A stretch of 64,000 bases of DNA from an uncultured Polaribacter sp. (GTDB lineage: Bacteria; Bacteroidota; Bacteroidia; Flavobacteriales; Flavobacteriaceae), in contig CAJWAC010000002.1 of assembly GCA_913020555.1 (NCBI GenBank), forward strand, positions 20,460 through 84,459, in the 5' to 3' direction. Made by a program: the position numbers and the translations under genes. Position 1 is the stretch's first letter; every line of letters starts with the position of its first letter. The notes beneath the pieces are model-generated. The model was not told the DNA's origin. It did not search any database and saw only the letters and a list, made by a program, of their open reading frames with translations. Below, piece by piece: positions 30,105-39,865 of this stretch.

Positions 30105-31823
30105 CTATTTTTTGTAAACAGAAATACCTTCTTTAATTGTTTCTAACACCACAATGTTTTTGATATCTGCTTCATCAACCTTCAATGGATTTTTATCTAA
30201 GATAACCAAGTCGGCCAATTTCCCTTCCTCAATCGTTCCTTTGGTATTTTCTTCAAAATGCTGATAAGCAGACCACTCTGTTATTCCTTTTAAGGCTTCG
30301 TAAGGAGTTAACTTTTCACTTTCTCCAATTACTTTCCCAGACCTAGATTTACGCTCAACTGTAATACCTACCATTCTCATTAAATTTGGCAACGCTACTG
30401 GTGCATCAGTATGGATTGTTAGTCTTAAACCTTTGTTTAAAGCTGTTCTAGTTGGACTAATTTTATTCCCTAGTTCATCACCAATAATCTCTTTGTGCCA
30501 ATCTCCCCAATAAAATGTATGCAATGGAAATAATGATGCAATTATATCTAATTCTTTATATGCATCTAATTGATCTTCTCTAACATACTGACCATGAATT
30601 AAAACATTACGTCTATCTTTCTTTTCAAATTCACTTGTTACCTTGCGCATAGCTCTAATCATTTGATCCATAGCCGCATCACCATTTGCATGCGTTTGAA
30701 TTTGCCAGTCATTTGCAAATCCTTTTCTGTATAAGTTTTCTAAAACACTATCTTGTGGAATCGCTGGGTATCCTAAATAACCCTCTTTTGCTCCATCTGG
30801 AGGAAGCAAGTATGGTTTTGTTCTCCAAGCAGTTCTTCCTTGTGGCGAGCCATCCAAGGTTAATTTCATTCCGCCAATTCGGTATTTTTTATCATATTTT
30901 TTAGAATTCCATTTAGTATACATAAGGGTATCCACAAACATGTAATCTACGTAACTTACAACATCTAGTTTTAATTTATTCTCTTCGGCTTTTGCAGCTA
31001 AGAAAGCATGATTCTCAAGCATAGCTCTACCTTCTTGTGCAGTGGTATAGCCAAATGATAAAGCCATATCTTGACCTGCATTAAAAAAAGTTTCAGCAGC
31101 TTCCACTGTTTTTGGTGTTAATGCCTTTGCGTAGTAAGGGATAGCCGCAAGTTCTTCTAAAACACCATTAGGTTCATTCCCATTTTCTCTTCTAATAAGA
31201 CCACCCTCAGGGTTTTTAGTATCCGCAGTAATATTTAAAAGTTCTAAACCTTTTGAGTTTACAACTGCAAAATGACCTGAAATATGTATAATCATAATAG
31301 GGAATTCAGTCGTAACTTTATCCAAATCGTGTTTTGTTGGAAAACGCTTGTCTTCCATCACACTGTCATCAAATCCAGCTCCAAAAATCCATCCTGTTAA
31401 TGCACGATTTTCTGGAGTATTCCATTCTTTTAATATGCTAATAACAGCATCAATATTTTTTGCTCCTGCATCTGGTGGAGGTAATATTTGTGCTCCAATT
31501 GCCTGTGATGAAAAATTACCAAAATGTGCATGTGCATCTATTAACCCAGGTAGCATTGTTTTGCCTTTCAAATTATATTCTTTGGCTTTTCCTTCAAACC
31601 TTTGCATTGCATCAGTCTTGGTTCCCGCAAAAATAATGCTACCTTCTCTTTGAACTACTGCTTCTACATAAGTAGGTTTGTCTCCCGCCATTGTAAGAAT
31701 ATCACCTCCATAGTAGATGGTTTGATTTAATGCGTAAGGTTCTGCAACCGCTGATTGTTTTGAATCACTTTTACAACTTATTAAAATTGTAATTAATGAA
31801 CAACATAAGATTATTTTTTTCAT
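30105..31823 (-). CDS. YtcJ-like amidohydrolase (Amidohydro_3) lipoprotein
   Basis: Lipobox LISC; PGLIDAHAH, KLTLDGS, HANGD, HTD and GKLADLV motifs. Confidence 0.9.
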   Translation of the reverse strand: MKKIILCCSLITILISCKSDSKQSAVAEPYALNQTIYYGGDILTMAGDKPTYVEAVVQREGSIIFAGTKTDAMQRFEGKAKEYNLKGKTMLPGLIDAHAHFGNFSSQAIGAQILPPPDAGAKNIDAVISILKEWNTPENRALTGWIFGAGFDDSVMEDKRFPTKHDLDKVTTEFPIMIIHISGHFAVVNSKGLELLNITADTKNPEGGLIRRENGNEPNGVLEELAAIPYYAKALTPKTVEAAETFFNAGQDMALSFGYTTAQEGRAMLENHAFLAAKAEENKLKLDVVSYVDYMFVDTLMYTKWNSKKYDKKYRIGGMKLTLDGSPQGRTAWRTKPYLLPPDGAKEGYLGYPAIPQDSVLENLYRKGFANDWQIQTHANGDAAMDQMIRAMRKVTSEFEKKDRRNVLIHGQYVREDQLDAYKELDIIASLFPLHTFYWGDWHKEIIGDELGNKISPTRTALNKGLRLTIHTDAPVALPNLMRMVGITVERKSRSGKVIGESEKLTPYEALKGITEWSAYQHFEENTKGTIEEGKLADLVILDKNPLKVDEADIKNIVVLETIKEGISVYKK

Positions 31824-31833
31824 GGGACTAATA

Positions 31834-33588
31834 TTATTTGGTTTTCAAATTATTTGATTTAATGATATTAAAATCCCCTTTAAAAACTGTTGCCAGGACT
31901 TTAATATCTTTAATTTTAATTGGTTCAATTGAAAATGGACTTTTATCAAGAATTACGAAATTAGCTTTCTTACCTTTGGCAATAGACCCAATTTGTTTTT
32001 CTAGGTTTAAGGTTCGTGCTGCATCTATCGTAATGGCTTTCATTGCATCAAACACAGATATTTTTTGATCTTGAGAAAAGCTACTATTTTGTGAAGTAAC
32101 TCTATTAACAGCTGTCCATGCTAAAGTTAGTGGTTCCATAGGCGCCATTGAAAAATCAGAATGAAAAGATACTGGAATGTTTCTTTTTACCAAACTATTT
32201 ATCCTTACCAAATTTTCACCTCTTTCTTTTCCTAAACCATTCTCACTATATTTATCTGCTAAAGCCCAAAGATAATATGGGTTTACTGATGACTCAACGC
32301 CTAATGCTTTAATTTCTTCAGCCATTTCGTCTGTAAAATAACCCATATGATGTAAAGTTAATCTGTGATCTTTACGAGGATTTCGTTTTTGATCAAGCGT
32401 TAAGTAATCTAATACTTGTTGAATCCCTTTATCTCCATTGGAATGTACATGGATTTTATAACCATTATCCCAATACATACTTATCTGATCTTTAAATAAG
32501 TCTAATGGGGTCATCCACTCTCCATGATGACCGTCTGTGTAATTATCCTTCATTTGCATTAGTTGAGAATAAATAGCACCGTCAGAAAATAATTTTACCT
32601 GTTTTGGTAAAAACTGAATATTATCAGTGTTGTATAAACTGTCAAGAGTTTCCATAAAAGCCATAGCTTCTTTATTTCCTCCTTTCATTCCAAAAAGTTG
32701 TGTTCCACTTGGAATTAGATACACATCATAAGGTGGGTTTTTAGCCATTTCTTTTTTAAGCAAAGTAAGTTCACCGTTAAAATCTGCACTTGGAAAACCA
32801 GGCTCTGCAACAGTGGTAATTCCATTTTTTTGAATCAATTGCGTCATCATGCCAAGACCTTCCATGTAACGAGTAGGTTCTAACATTATAGGAGCCATTT
32901 TTGGAACAAGAGCTAGCCATCCTCCTTCAAAGAAATGACCTTTCTCCCATTCTACTTGAGGATTTCCTTTGAAGTCCTCCTTTTTAATTCCTAACAATGC
33001 AATAGCTGCATCATTTAAATATATTTCATGAAATGAACGATGGATTATTCCTACTGGTTTGTCTTTAGTGATAACATTAATAATGTCTCGAGATAGTTCC
33101 CCATGCCATAATTGATGATAACCCCAAATAAAATACATTTGACCTTCTTTGGCATTTTGGGTTATAGAATTTGTGATTCTTTCCATATAGGCTTCATGGC
33201 CTGTTACTCCTTTTTTTGTTCCGTTTGGTAAAACCCAATCGTAAGGAGCAATAATTTCATTTGGTAACATTGTGGCTGCTAACGATGGATGCACATGAGG
33301 CTCCACAAAACCTGGCATCATTACATGATTTTTCAAGTCATGTTTCTTTCCATTCGGAAACCTTTTAAGAGCCTCTTCTTTTGAACCTATAAAAACAATC
33401 TCGTCATTCTGAGAAACAATAGATTCAACCAATTCAAGCTCTTTCCCATCCATACTAATAATATCTCCACCATAGTAAACGACAGTATTTAGGTTATCAC
33501 TAAAAGACTTTTTGGTTTCATTTGAAGTTTTATTGCAAGATATAAATGTGACTATCAGAAAAACGATTAATATTTTAAGAAATTTCAT
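31834..33588 (-). CDS. YtcJ-like amidohydrolase (Amidohydro_3) lipoprotein
   Basis: Lipobox FISC; PGFVEPHVH, KLFSDG, HSNGD, HSD and GKKANFV motifs. Confidence 0.9.
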   Translation of the reverse strand: MKFLKILIVFLIVTFISCNKTSNETKKSFSDNLNTVVYYGGDIISMDGKELELVESIVSQNDEIVFIGSKEEALKRFPNGKKHDLKNHVMMPGFVEPHVHPSLAATMLPNEIIAPYDWVLPNGTKKGVTGHEAYMERITNSITQNAKEGQMYFIWGYHQLWHGELSRDIINVITKDKPVGIIHRSFHEIYLNDAAIALLGIKKEDFKGNPQVEWEKGHFFEGGWLALVPKMAPIMLEPTRYMEGLGMMTQLIQKNGITTVAEPGFPSADFNGELTLLKKEMAKNPPYDVYLIPSGTQLFGMKGGNKEAMAFMETLDSLYNTDNIQFLPKQVKLFSDGAIYSQLMQMKDNYTDGHHGEWMTPLDLFKDQISMYWDNGYKIHVHSNGDKGIQQVLDYLTLDQKRNPRKDHRLTLHHMGYFTDEMAEEIKALGVESSVNPYYLWALADKYSENGLGKERGENLVRINSLVKRNIPVSFHSDFSMAPMEPLTLAWTAVNRVTSQNSSFSQDQKISVFDAMKAITIDAARTLNLEKQIGSIAKGKKANFVILDKSPFSIEPIKIKDIKVLATVFKGDFNIIKSNNLKTK

Positions 33589-33622
33589 AGCTACTTTTAT
33601 ATTTTTAAACCTTTAAATTAAT

Positions 33623-33817
33623 TTAATGTCTTAACCTTCCTCCATTGTAAATATCAAAATCTACATGTGGTCTTACACGAGGACCATTTGGACCCCAAGT
33701 AACATTTAGGCCAGCATCTGTTCCCCATCGGGCATTTGCACAGCTATAAAATGTTTCAAAAACTAAAACTCCAAGTGTGATAAAAAGTATCAGTCTGTAT
33801 TTTTTTAAAAATCTCAT
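33623..33817 (-). CDS. Small putative lipoprotein
   Basis: Basic N-terminus, hydrophobic stretch, FYSC; stop-start spacing of 3 nt after the VOC gene. Confidence 0.65.
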   Translation of the reverse strand: MRFLKKYRLILFITLGVLVFETFYSCANARWGTDAGLNVTWGPNGPRVRPHVDFDIYNGGRLRH

Positions 33818-33820
33818 AAT

Positions 33821-34684
33821 TTATTTTTTTTGAATTGCGATAATTGCTCCGTGAGGATCTTGAATAATTCCGATTTTCCCTCCTCTAATTTTCATTGTAG
33901 GAGCTAAAAGTACTGAACCAGAAGATTTTTTAGCTATTGTAACTGATGCAGCAGGGTCATCCATTTTAATGTATGGAACCCATTGAGAGCCTTGATTTGT
34001 TACAGGATTTTGAATCATTCCTGCAAGAGTTTTTGACTCCAAAGTAAATAACCAATAAGCCTTGTTGTCGTATTCTGTTTTTTCTACATTTACTTCAAAA
34101 GCATTTTTATAAAATTCTTTAGCGTTTTCTACATCTGAAGCCCAAAGCTCTATACCTAACCAATTGCCATTAGCTTCACTGGTGTCCATTTTAGCAGTGT
34201 ATTCATTTTTTGAAATTAACGAGAATTCTTCACCTTGTAAACCTTCAAAGACAACTTGTTTTCCTCTGCCAGGAAGTTTAACAGGTGGCAACAACACTTT
34301 TGCGCCATTGCTCATAACCGTCTTAATTCTATTATTTAAATCTTCATTACTTAAAGGTAAAGAGGTAATCCATGTTGAGTTCTTTGCGCTTTTAATTTCA
34401 ATCATTCCACCTATAACTTTGTCATTATTATATATGGTTGTATAATTTATTCCTTTGAAATTTACATCAACAAATGTCCAATTAAATATTTTTCCATAAA
34501 ATTCTTTAGAAATATTCAAGTCTGGAGTTATTAAATCATGCCATAGACTTGAGCTCGGATTTTCAATGGATAAGGATTTCGTTTGTTTATAAATTGTTTT
34601 TTGTATTTCCTTAGGTAATTTAATATTTGTACTAAATAAAAATGATAAGAGGAAAATTGGAGTTAAAAATAAATTGATTTTCAT
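33821..34684 (-). CDS. Exported VOC/glyoxalase-family protein (two VOC domains)
   Basis: WHDLITPD...FYGKIFNW, W.PY and IQDPHGA motifs; signal-peptide-like N-terminus. Confidence 0.85.
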   Translation of the reverse strand: MKINLFLTPIFLLSFLFSTNIKLPKEIQKTIYKQTKSLSIENPSSSLWHDLITPDLNISKEFYGKIFNWTFVDVNFKGINYTTIYNNDKVIGGMIEIKSAKNSTWITSLPLSNEDLNNRIKTVMSNGAKVLLPPVKLPGRGKQVVFEGLQGEEFSLISKNEYTAKMDTSEANGNWLGIELWASDVENAKEFYKNAFEVNVEKTEYDNKAYWLFTLESKTLAGMIQNPVTNQGSQWVPYIKMDDPAASVTIAKKSSGSVLLAPTMKIRGGKIGIIQDPHGAIIAIQKK

Positions 34685-35076
34685 GTGTTTTGATACTTAT
34701 TTGTTTTTGTGAAATATGAAAAATTAAAGCTAAATCTTGGTAAGAATGGGTTTTAATCTTTGGCACTATTTACCAAGTTAAAGTCTTCAATTCTTGCTGA
34801 AGAGGATATTATTACATTACTATTCATATGATAATTTAAACCTAGAGCGTAAAGCATTAAAGTATAATTATCATTGAAATAAATATTTTTTTGACTGAAA
34901 CCCCTCTTATTAACTGACCTTATTGAGTTTATATTTAATTCTATATTATTATCAAACAAAAATGAATGCACTCTGAGCTTGCCATAAAAGTGTAAAGCAT
35001 CAATCTTAATATTTTCTTGAGCAAATAAAAAGCTAGTCGTTAACAAACCAGAAATTATTTGTAAGAAAATTTTCAT
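34681..35076 (-). pseudogene. Decayed porin-like gene
   Basis: Signal peptide and YGKLR N-terminus joined to C-terminal strands. The frame continues past TAA (34755-34753) as NPFLPRFSFNFSYF... to a TGA at 34683-34681 that overlaps the next ATG. Confidence 0.6.
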
Positions 35077-35115
35077 ACTATTTTAATACTAATGAGTTTT
35101 AGAAGTGTCTATTTT

Positions 35116-35787
35116 TTAATACCCTGATTTTGCCTGAGCATCCTTTATCATTTGGTCATTAGCTACAATAGCCATTTCGACCCTTCTATTTTTAGATCTA
35201 CCGTCTGCTGTTGTATTATCAAACCTAGGAGTGGTTTCTCCCATTGCTTCAGTTGTTAACCTGCTCCTATAGATGCCTTTTGACACTAAATAACTTGCTA
35301 CAGATTCTGCTCTTTTTTTGGATAATAACATATTATATTCTTCTTTACCAGTATCATCTGTGTGACCTTGTATTGAAATTTTTGTATCTGCAAACTCATT
35401 TAAAACTTTAGATACTTTATCTAAATTAGCTTTAGAGGCTGCCGTTAAATCTGATTTATTTGTAGCAAAATTAACTCCACTGTTTTCATCAAAAATCAAA
35501 TGAATACCCTCACCAACACGTTCAACGCCAGCTCCAGGAACAGCTGCACTTATTTCCTTTGCTTGTTTATCCATAACATTTCCTATTATTCCTCCGCTAG
35601 CACCACCAATTGCTGCACCAATAAGAGCTCCTTTAAGGTCTCCACCAATTAAACCTCCAATTAAAGCACCAGAAGCAACACCTATACCCGCTCCTTTTTG
35701 TGTTCTATTAGCATTTTGTAATGCCGTGCAATTAAAGAATAAAGAAGTCACCAATATTAAACTAAGTATTTTATAAGTATTTCTCAT
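35116..35787 (-). CDS. OmpA-family lipoprotein with glycine zipper
   Basis: Cys after the signal peptide; GxxxG repeats; GHTD, LSKKRA and NRRVE motifs. Confidence 0.93.
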   Translation of the reverse strand: MRNTYKILSLILVTSLFFNCTALQNANRTQKGAGIGVASGALIGGLIGGDLKGALIGAAIGGASGGIIGNVMDKQAKEISAAVPGAGVERVGEGIHLIFDENSGVNFATNKSDLTAASKANLDKVSKVLNEFADTKISIQGHTDDTGKEEYNMLLSKKRAESVASYLVSKGIYRSRLTTEAMGETTPRFDNTTADGRSKNRRVEMAIVANDQMIKDAQAKSGY

Positions 35788-35789
35788 AA

Positions 35790-36290
35790 TTATTTTAAAT
35801 TAACGTTATCTGATATTTTATTGAAGATTAAATTAACATTAAATGGGCTCCCATTAACAACTACGCCTACAGATGCAGACATTGAACTTGTCTCTAAATT
35901 ATTTATTTTAAGTTGATAACCTCTGTTCATAGCATCAATATTTTTATTCTTTTGGTTCACATACTTAAATTGCAAAAGCTTATTTGTTTCACCTTGCACA
36001 AAACTCCAAATAATTCTAGCGGTTTGTGATTCACAAGAAGAACTATTTGACGTTGTAAATTTTCCTGTGTTATTATTTGGTATAAACATCCAAATACTAT
36101 TTTTAAAACAAGATGTGTCATCAAAACCAAACATTTTTGCTTTATAAGTACCTTGTTCTCCTTGGAATTTTACACTCGTAATTTGCCATTCTCCCTTAAG
36201 AGTTTTTTCTTTTGGTTCTCCAGTTACAGATTTATTTGATCCGCACGAGACTAAAATTAATAGTGCAAACAAATATATTATTTTCTTCAT
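35790..36290 (-). CDS. Lipocalin-like lipoprotein
   Basis: Lipobox LVSC; LKGEWQI motif; paired with the OmpA lipoprotein gene. Confidence 0.75.
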   Translation of the reverse strand: MKKIIYLFALLILVSCGSNKSVTGEPKEKTLKGEWQITSVKFQGEQGTYKAKMFGFDDTSCFKNSIWMFIPNNNTGKFTTSNSSSCESQTARIIWSFVQGETNKLLQFKYVNQKNKNIDAMNRGYQLKINNLETSSMSASVGVVVNGSPFNVNLIFNKISDNVNLK

Positions 36291-36407
36291 ATTATTAAAT
36301 TTATGTTAAAAATAATAAAAAATTAAATATTTTTCTAAAATAAACCCACTAAATTACATTTCTTATAAAAAATAGCTTTTTTTTATTGTAAACCAATACT
36401 TTAGAAA

Positions 36408-37298
36408 TTATCGAAGTCCGTTAATATCATATTTAGAAACAAAATCCCAAACTAACTCAGAAGCATTCTTACCTTCAAATGTTGTATTGAACCATACATG
36501 ATTCCCACCAACATATTTGTAAACCTCTACTGAAACTCCATTATCACCCTGACCATAAAAGTATTTTTCGATAGTAATTGAACCATTAACTTTTGAACTA
36601 ATTACAGGCGTATTACTTATATTATTAAAATTCAACCAATGATTTACAGTAGAATTTACGGATGCGTATTCTGAATTTCCATCATAAGGAATTACATCAT
36701 CTAAAGTACCATGAAGATTAATTACCGGCATGGGATGATTAACTTCACCAATACAATCAAGCATGCTTCCTGAAACAGAGGCAACCGCCGCTATTAAATT
36801 GCTTTTATGATTTGCCAAACCATATGCCATCATACCACCATTTGAATATCCAGCTGCATAAATTCTCTCCATATCTATATTATAGTTTGAAGAAATTTCC
36901 ACAATCATATCTTCTACAAACCCTAAATCGTCAGCAGCACTTTTATTATCTGCAGAAAACGGACAAGGATTCCAATGTGAAAAATTATTCATACAACTTC
37001 CTTGAGGGTATACAATTATAAAATTTTCTTGTTCTGCTAAAGATCTCATATCAGCTTCATCCATAAAATCACCCGCTCCGCCTCCAAAACCATGGAAATT
37101 GATCATTAAAGGTCTTGATGAAGAATTATCATAACTATTAGGAACATACAAAACATACTCTCTATCAGTTCCATTATGCATAATGGTTAATGCATTTGAA
37201 TTCATATAACAAGAATCTACTACCTTATCATTGTCTTGTTTTTTACATGCTAAAACTAATAACACAGATAAAATTAAAAGGAAATTGCTGTTTTTCAT
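36408..37298 (-). CDS. PHB-depolymerase/LpqC-like esterase lipoprotein
   Basis: Lipobox VLAC; FHG, VYPQG, GYSNGG, HGTLD and HVW motifs. Confidence 0.85.
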   Translation of the reverse strand: MKNSNFLLILSVLLVLACKKQDNDKVVDSCYMNSNALTIMHNGTDREYVLYVPNSYDNSSSRPLMINFHGFGGGAGDFMDEADMRSLAEQENFIIVYPQGSCMNNFSHWNPCPFSADNKSAADDLGFVEDMIVEISSNYNIDMERIYAAGYSNGGMMAYGLANHKSNLIAAVASVSGSMLDCIGEVNHPMPVINLHGTLDDVIPYDGNSEYASVNSTVNHWLNFNNISNTPVISSKVNGSITIEKYFYGQGDNGVSVEVYKYVGGNHVWFNTTFEGKNASELVWDFVSKYDINGLR

Positions 37299-37358
37299 AT
37301 TTATTACAGATTTTAGTACTTAATCATAAAAGGTAGGTATAGAGAATCACATAAATTA

Positions 37359-38180
37359 TTAACGACCTCTTCTTCCTCCCCTTCTATTATTTCTCATATC
37401 TGCCATTTTGGTACGGATTGTTGTCGCGTAGGCTTGTTTGGTGATTTCATCTCCTTTTTCTGGTGCTTGAATCTTCACCTTTTCGTCAGGATTTAAAACA
37501 ATTTCCGTACATAATAACGTTGTATTTTGGGCACTTACTTCTAAAATAAGACCTGGTAAACCCCAAAATTCTGCTGGACCTTGAGCTACGGGTATTTGCG
37601 GTGTGTACCAAGCTTCTACTACAGTTAAATCTTCTTCTGGCTTTCCTTCTTCATTGTTTTCCTTTTTCCTGAGGTCTCCCCATGAAAAACTATACCATTT
37701 TAACTCTGCAGTTGGTACAAAAGCTTTTGCCTTATAGCATGTATATTGACCGATTTTTTTTGTTTCAGTTCCTAGGTTCCATTCGATTTTATAGAGATCG
37801 TCCTTAACTAAAAAGCGTTTGCCATAAAACTCTTGTTCCTGAACTAATCTATTTGTTTTTACATTTTTATATTGATGTCCTCTAGAAAAATAACCTCCCC
37901 AAGAATCTGTAGCTCCTGCAATTGCATCCACCTTTTGTTCTTCTAAGAACATAGATTCTTGCATATTAAAAGACAAACTATACGTTTTTTCTAATCTATT
38001 TTTAAGCCTTGCTGCAATTTGTTTCTTTTGGCCTTCACTCATTCTTGCTCCCCACGTTCCTAAATCCATTTTAGACTTAGACATGTATTTTGCTTGACCT
38101 TGAAATTTTTGGGCATTGAATTCAGTAAATATGGCAAAAGCAAAGAAAAAAAGTAGCGGTCTAAAAAAAGATGATTTCAT
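37359..38180 (-). CDS. GLPGLI family protein
   Basis: AWYTPQIP..GP..FWGLPGLIL motif; signal peptide. Confidence 0.92.
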   Translation of the reverse strand: MKSSFFRPLLFFFAFAIFTEFNAQKFQGQAKYMSKSKMDLGTWGARMSEGQKKQIAARLKNRLEKTYSLSFNMQESMFLEEQKVDAIAGATDSWGGYFSRGHQYKNVKTNRLVQEQEFYGKRFLVKDDLYKIEWNLGTETKKIGQYTCYKAKAFVPTAELKWYSFSWGDLRKKENNEEGKPEEDLTVVEAWYTPQIPVAQGPAEFWGLPGLILEVSAQNTTLLCTEIVLNPDEKVKIQAPEKGDEITKQAYATTIRTKMADMRNNRRGGRRGR

Positions 38181-38301
38181 AATATTATTGGATTTTTGTT
38201 GAACAAATATAATAAAATGCTCAACACGCTATCTTTTTGAAAAAAATATTAACAATATTTTAGGTATCCTCTAATAAACAGAAATTCAATAAATTTGATT
38301 T

Positions 38302-39117
38302 TCACTTTTTATACTGATGGGGGTTTTCACGAATTCCTTTTCTAAAAATTCTGCGCAACCCACTTCTAAAATTATTATCAAGTTTTAAAATAAAATCTCT
38401 GAATTTTTCAGTGGGCCTCCCTCTAAATGTTGTAATGTGAAAATTATCGTCTAATAGTAAAGGTTTTTCTGAAAAATAATAGTTAGACACACAACATCTA
38501 ACATCATCTGCTAAAACTTGATTTACAGAGTGCCATGATTTTTGATGTGTGCCCATAATTATCAATCTATTAAATTTACTGGTAATTTCAATTGGTTGAT
38601 TTTCCAAACCTTTTGGCCAAATTTCTAAATTACCTCCATTTTCTAATTTCCAATTTGGTGTAACATAAAAAAGCAAATTAAAAACTCTCCATAATTGACG
38701 ATCTTTATCGTGAGAATTATCTATATGCGGACTCAAATGGTTCCCTTTTGCCATTAAACTCAAACCTCCTGCATACAAGTTTTCATCAGGTAGGACATCT
38801 TTAACACCGCAAATTTCTGACACTAAACTTACAACAATTGGATCTTGAAAAGCATAAATAACCTCTTCTAAAAGAGGATGATACTTATTCATTTGATATG
38901 CCACATACTTATTTTCTCGAATGCTTTTACGTTGTTTGGTTTCTGATATTTTAGGAAAATTATTATAAATTTCTATCACCAAATTTTTTGGTAATAAATC
39001 ATCAACATAAAAAAAACCTATTTCATTTGCGCTCTGCTTAAAAAGATTTTTTAAACTTGTTTTTTCAGAAGTCAATTTCTCTGAAATTAATATTGCAATT
39101 TCCTTTCTTTTAATCAT
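38302..39117 (-). CDS. 2OG-Fe(II) oxygenase
   Basis: HID...SWH...R facial triad pattern; GGNLE motif. Confidence 0.88.
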   Translation of the reverse strand: MIKRKEIAILISEKLTSEKTSLKNLFKQSANEIGFFYVDDLLPKNLVIEIYNNFPKISETKQRKSIRENKYVAYQMNKYHPLLEEVIYAFQDPIVVSLVSEICGVKDVLPDENLYAGGLSLMAKGNHLSPHIDNSHDKDRQLWRVFNLLFYVTPNWKLENGGNLEIWPKGLENQPIEITSKFNRLIIMGTHQKSWHSVNQVLADDVRCCVSNYYFSEKPLLLDDNFHITTFRGRPTEKFRDFILKLDNNFRSGLRRIFRKGIRENPHQYKK

Positions 39118-39856
39118 TTACAATTTTTCTTGACAAAAACTTTGTAAATGCAATACTAAAGAAAAAAGGTCTAAATAATATTGAACTTAAGTCGGTTTTT
39201 AAATTAATTTCTTCTTTGTAGATTTTCCAATTACCAGTCTTAGAAATCCCATCAGAATTACAATTAGCAATTACTAAATCTAAAATCACACATTTTACAT
39301 CTGCTTTTAGCAATTGTAAATTTAGATGATAATCAGACAACGTTTTATATTTTAAAGTATAATTTCTATCATTAAAAAGCTCTTTTTTATAAAATGTGCC
39401 TTGATGATGTAGTCCATTTAATAGCCACATCCTTTTAGACCAATTAATATTCTTAACCTTTTTATTTTTGCTATATACGAAGGGTTTTCTAAAACCATTG
39501 TAAACTATTTTACCAGCAATTAGCCCTATATTTTCATATGATAATCTAAAAAAAACCTCACTTAAAATATTTTTATTATGCAAAACATCACCTGAGCCCA
39601 AGAAATAAAGCCATTCACCCTTAGCTAGTTCAATTCCTTTATTCATTGCATCATACACCCCTTTATCCAATCTTGATTGATAAAAAAAAGGCTTTTCCAA
39701 GAGATTTAAATAATTTTGAGTTTTTAAGCTAGAGCCACCATCTATAATCCAAACCTCAAAATCTTTGAAAGTTTGATTTTTGATGCTTTTAACACTTTCT
39801 TGCAACCCAGCCAGATTGTTTAAAACAGGAATTATTATGGTTAATTTAGGATTGAT
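39110..39856 (-). CDS. Family 2 glycosyltransferase, start uncertain
   Basis: IIDGGS, DKGVYDAMNKG and HHQG motifs. The first GT2 strand PKLTIIIPVLN lies upstream of the track TTG (39805); ATC at 39856 is assumed as the start. Confidence 0.8.
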   Translation of the reverse strand: MNPKLTIIIPVLNNLAGLQESVKSIKNQTFKDFEVWIIDGGSSLKTQNYLNLLEKPFFYQSRLDKGVYDAMNKGIELAKGEWLYFLGSGDVLHNKNILSEVFFRLSYENIGLIAGKIVYNGFRKPFVYSKNKKVKNINWSKRMWLLNGLHHQGTFYKKELFNDRNYTLKYKTLSDYHLNLQLLKADVKCVILDLVIANCNSDGISKTGNWKIYKEEINLKTDLSSILFRPFFFSIAFTKFLSRKIVND

Positions 39857-39865
39857 AAAATTTGG

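Noticed and set aside
15179-38180. Co-oriented genes as an integron cassette array
   Set aside because: Most gaps are under 40 nt, I could not see a recurring attC-like repeat between genes, and there is no integrase.
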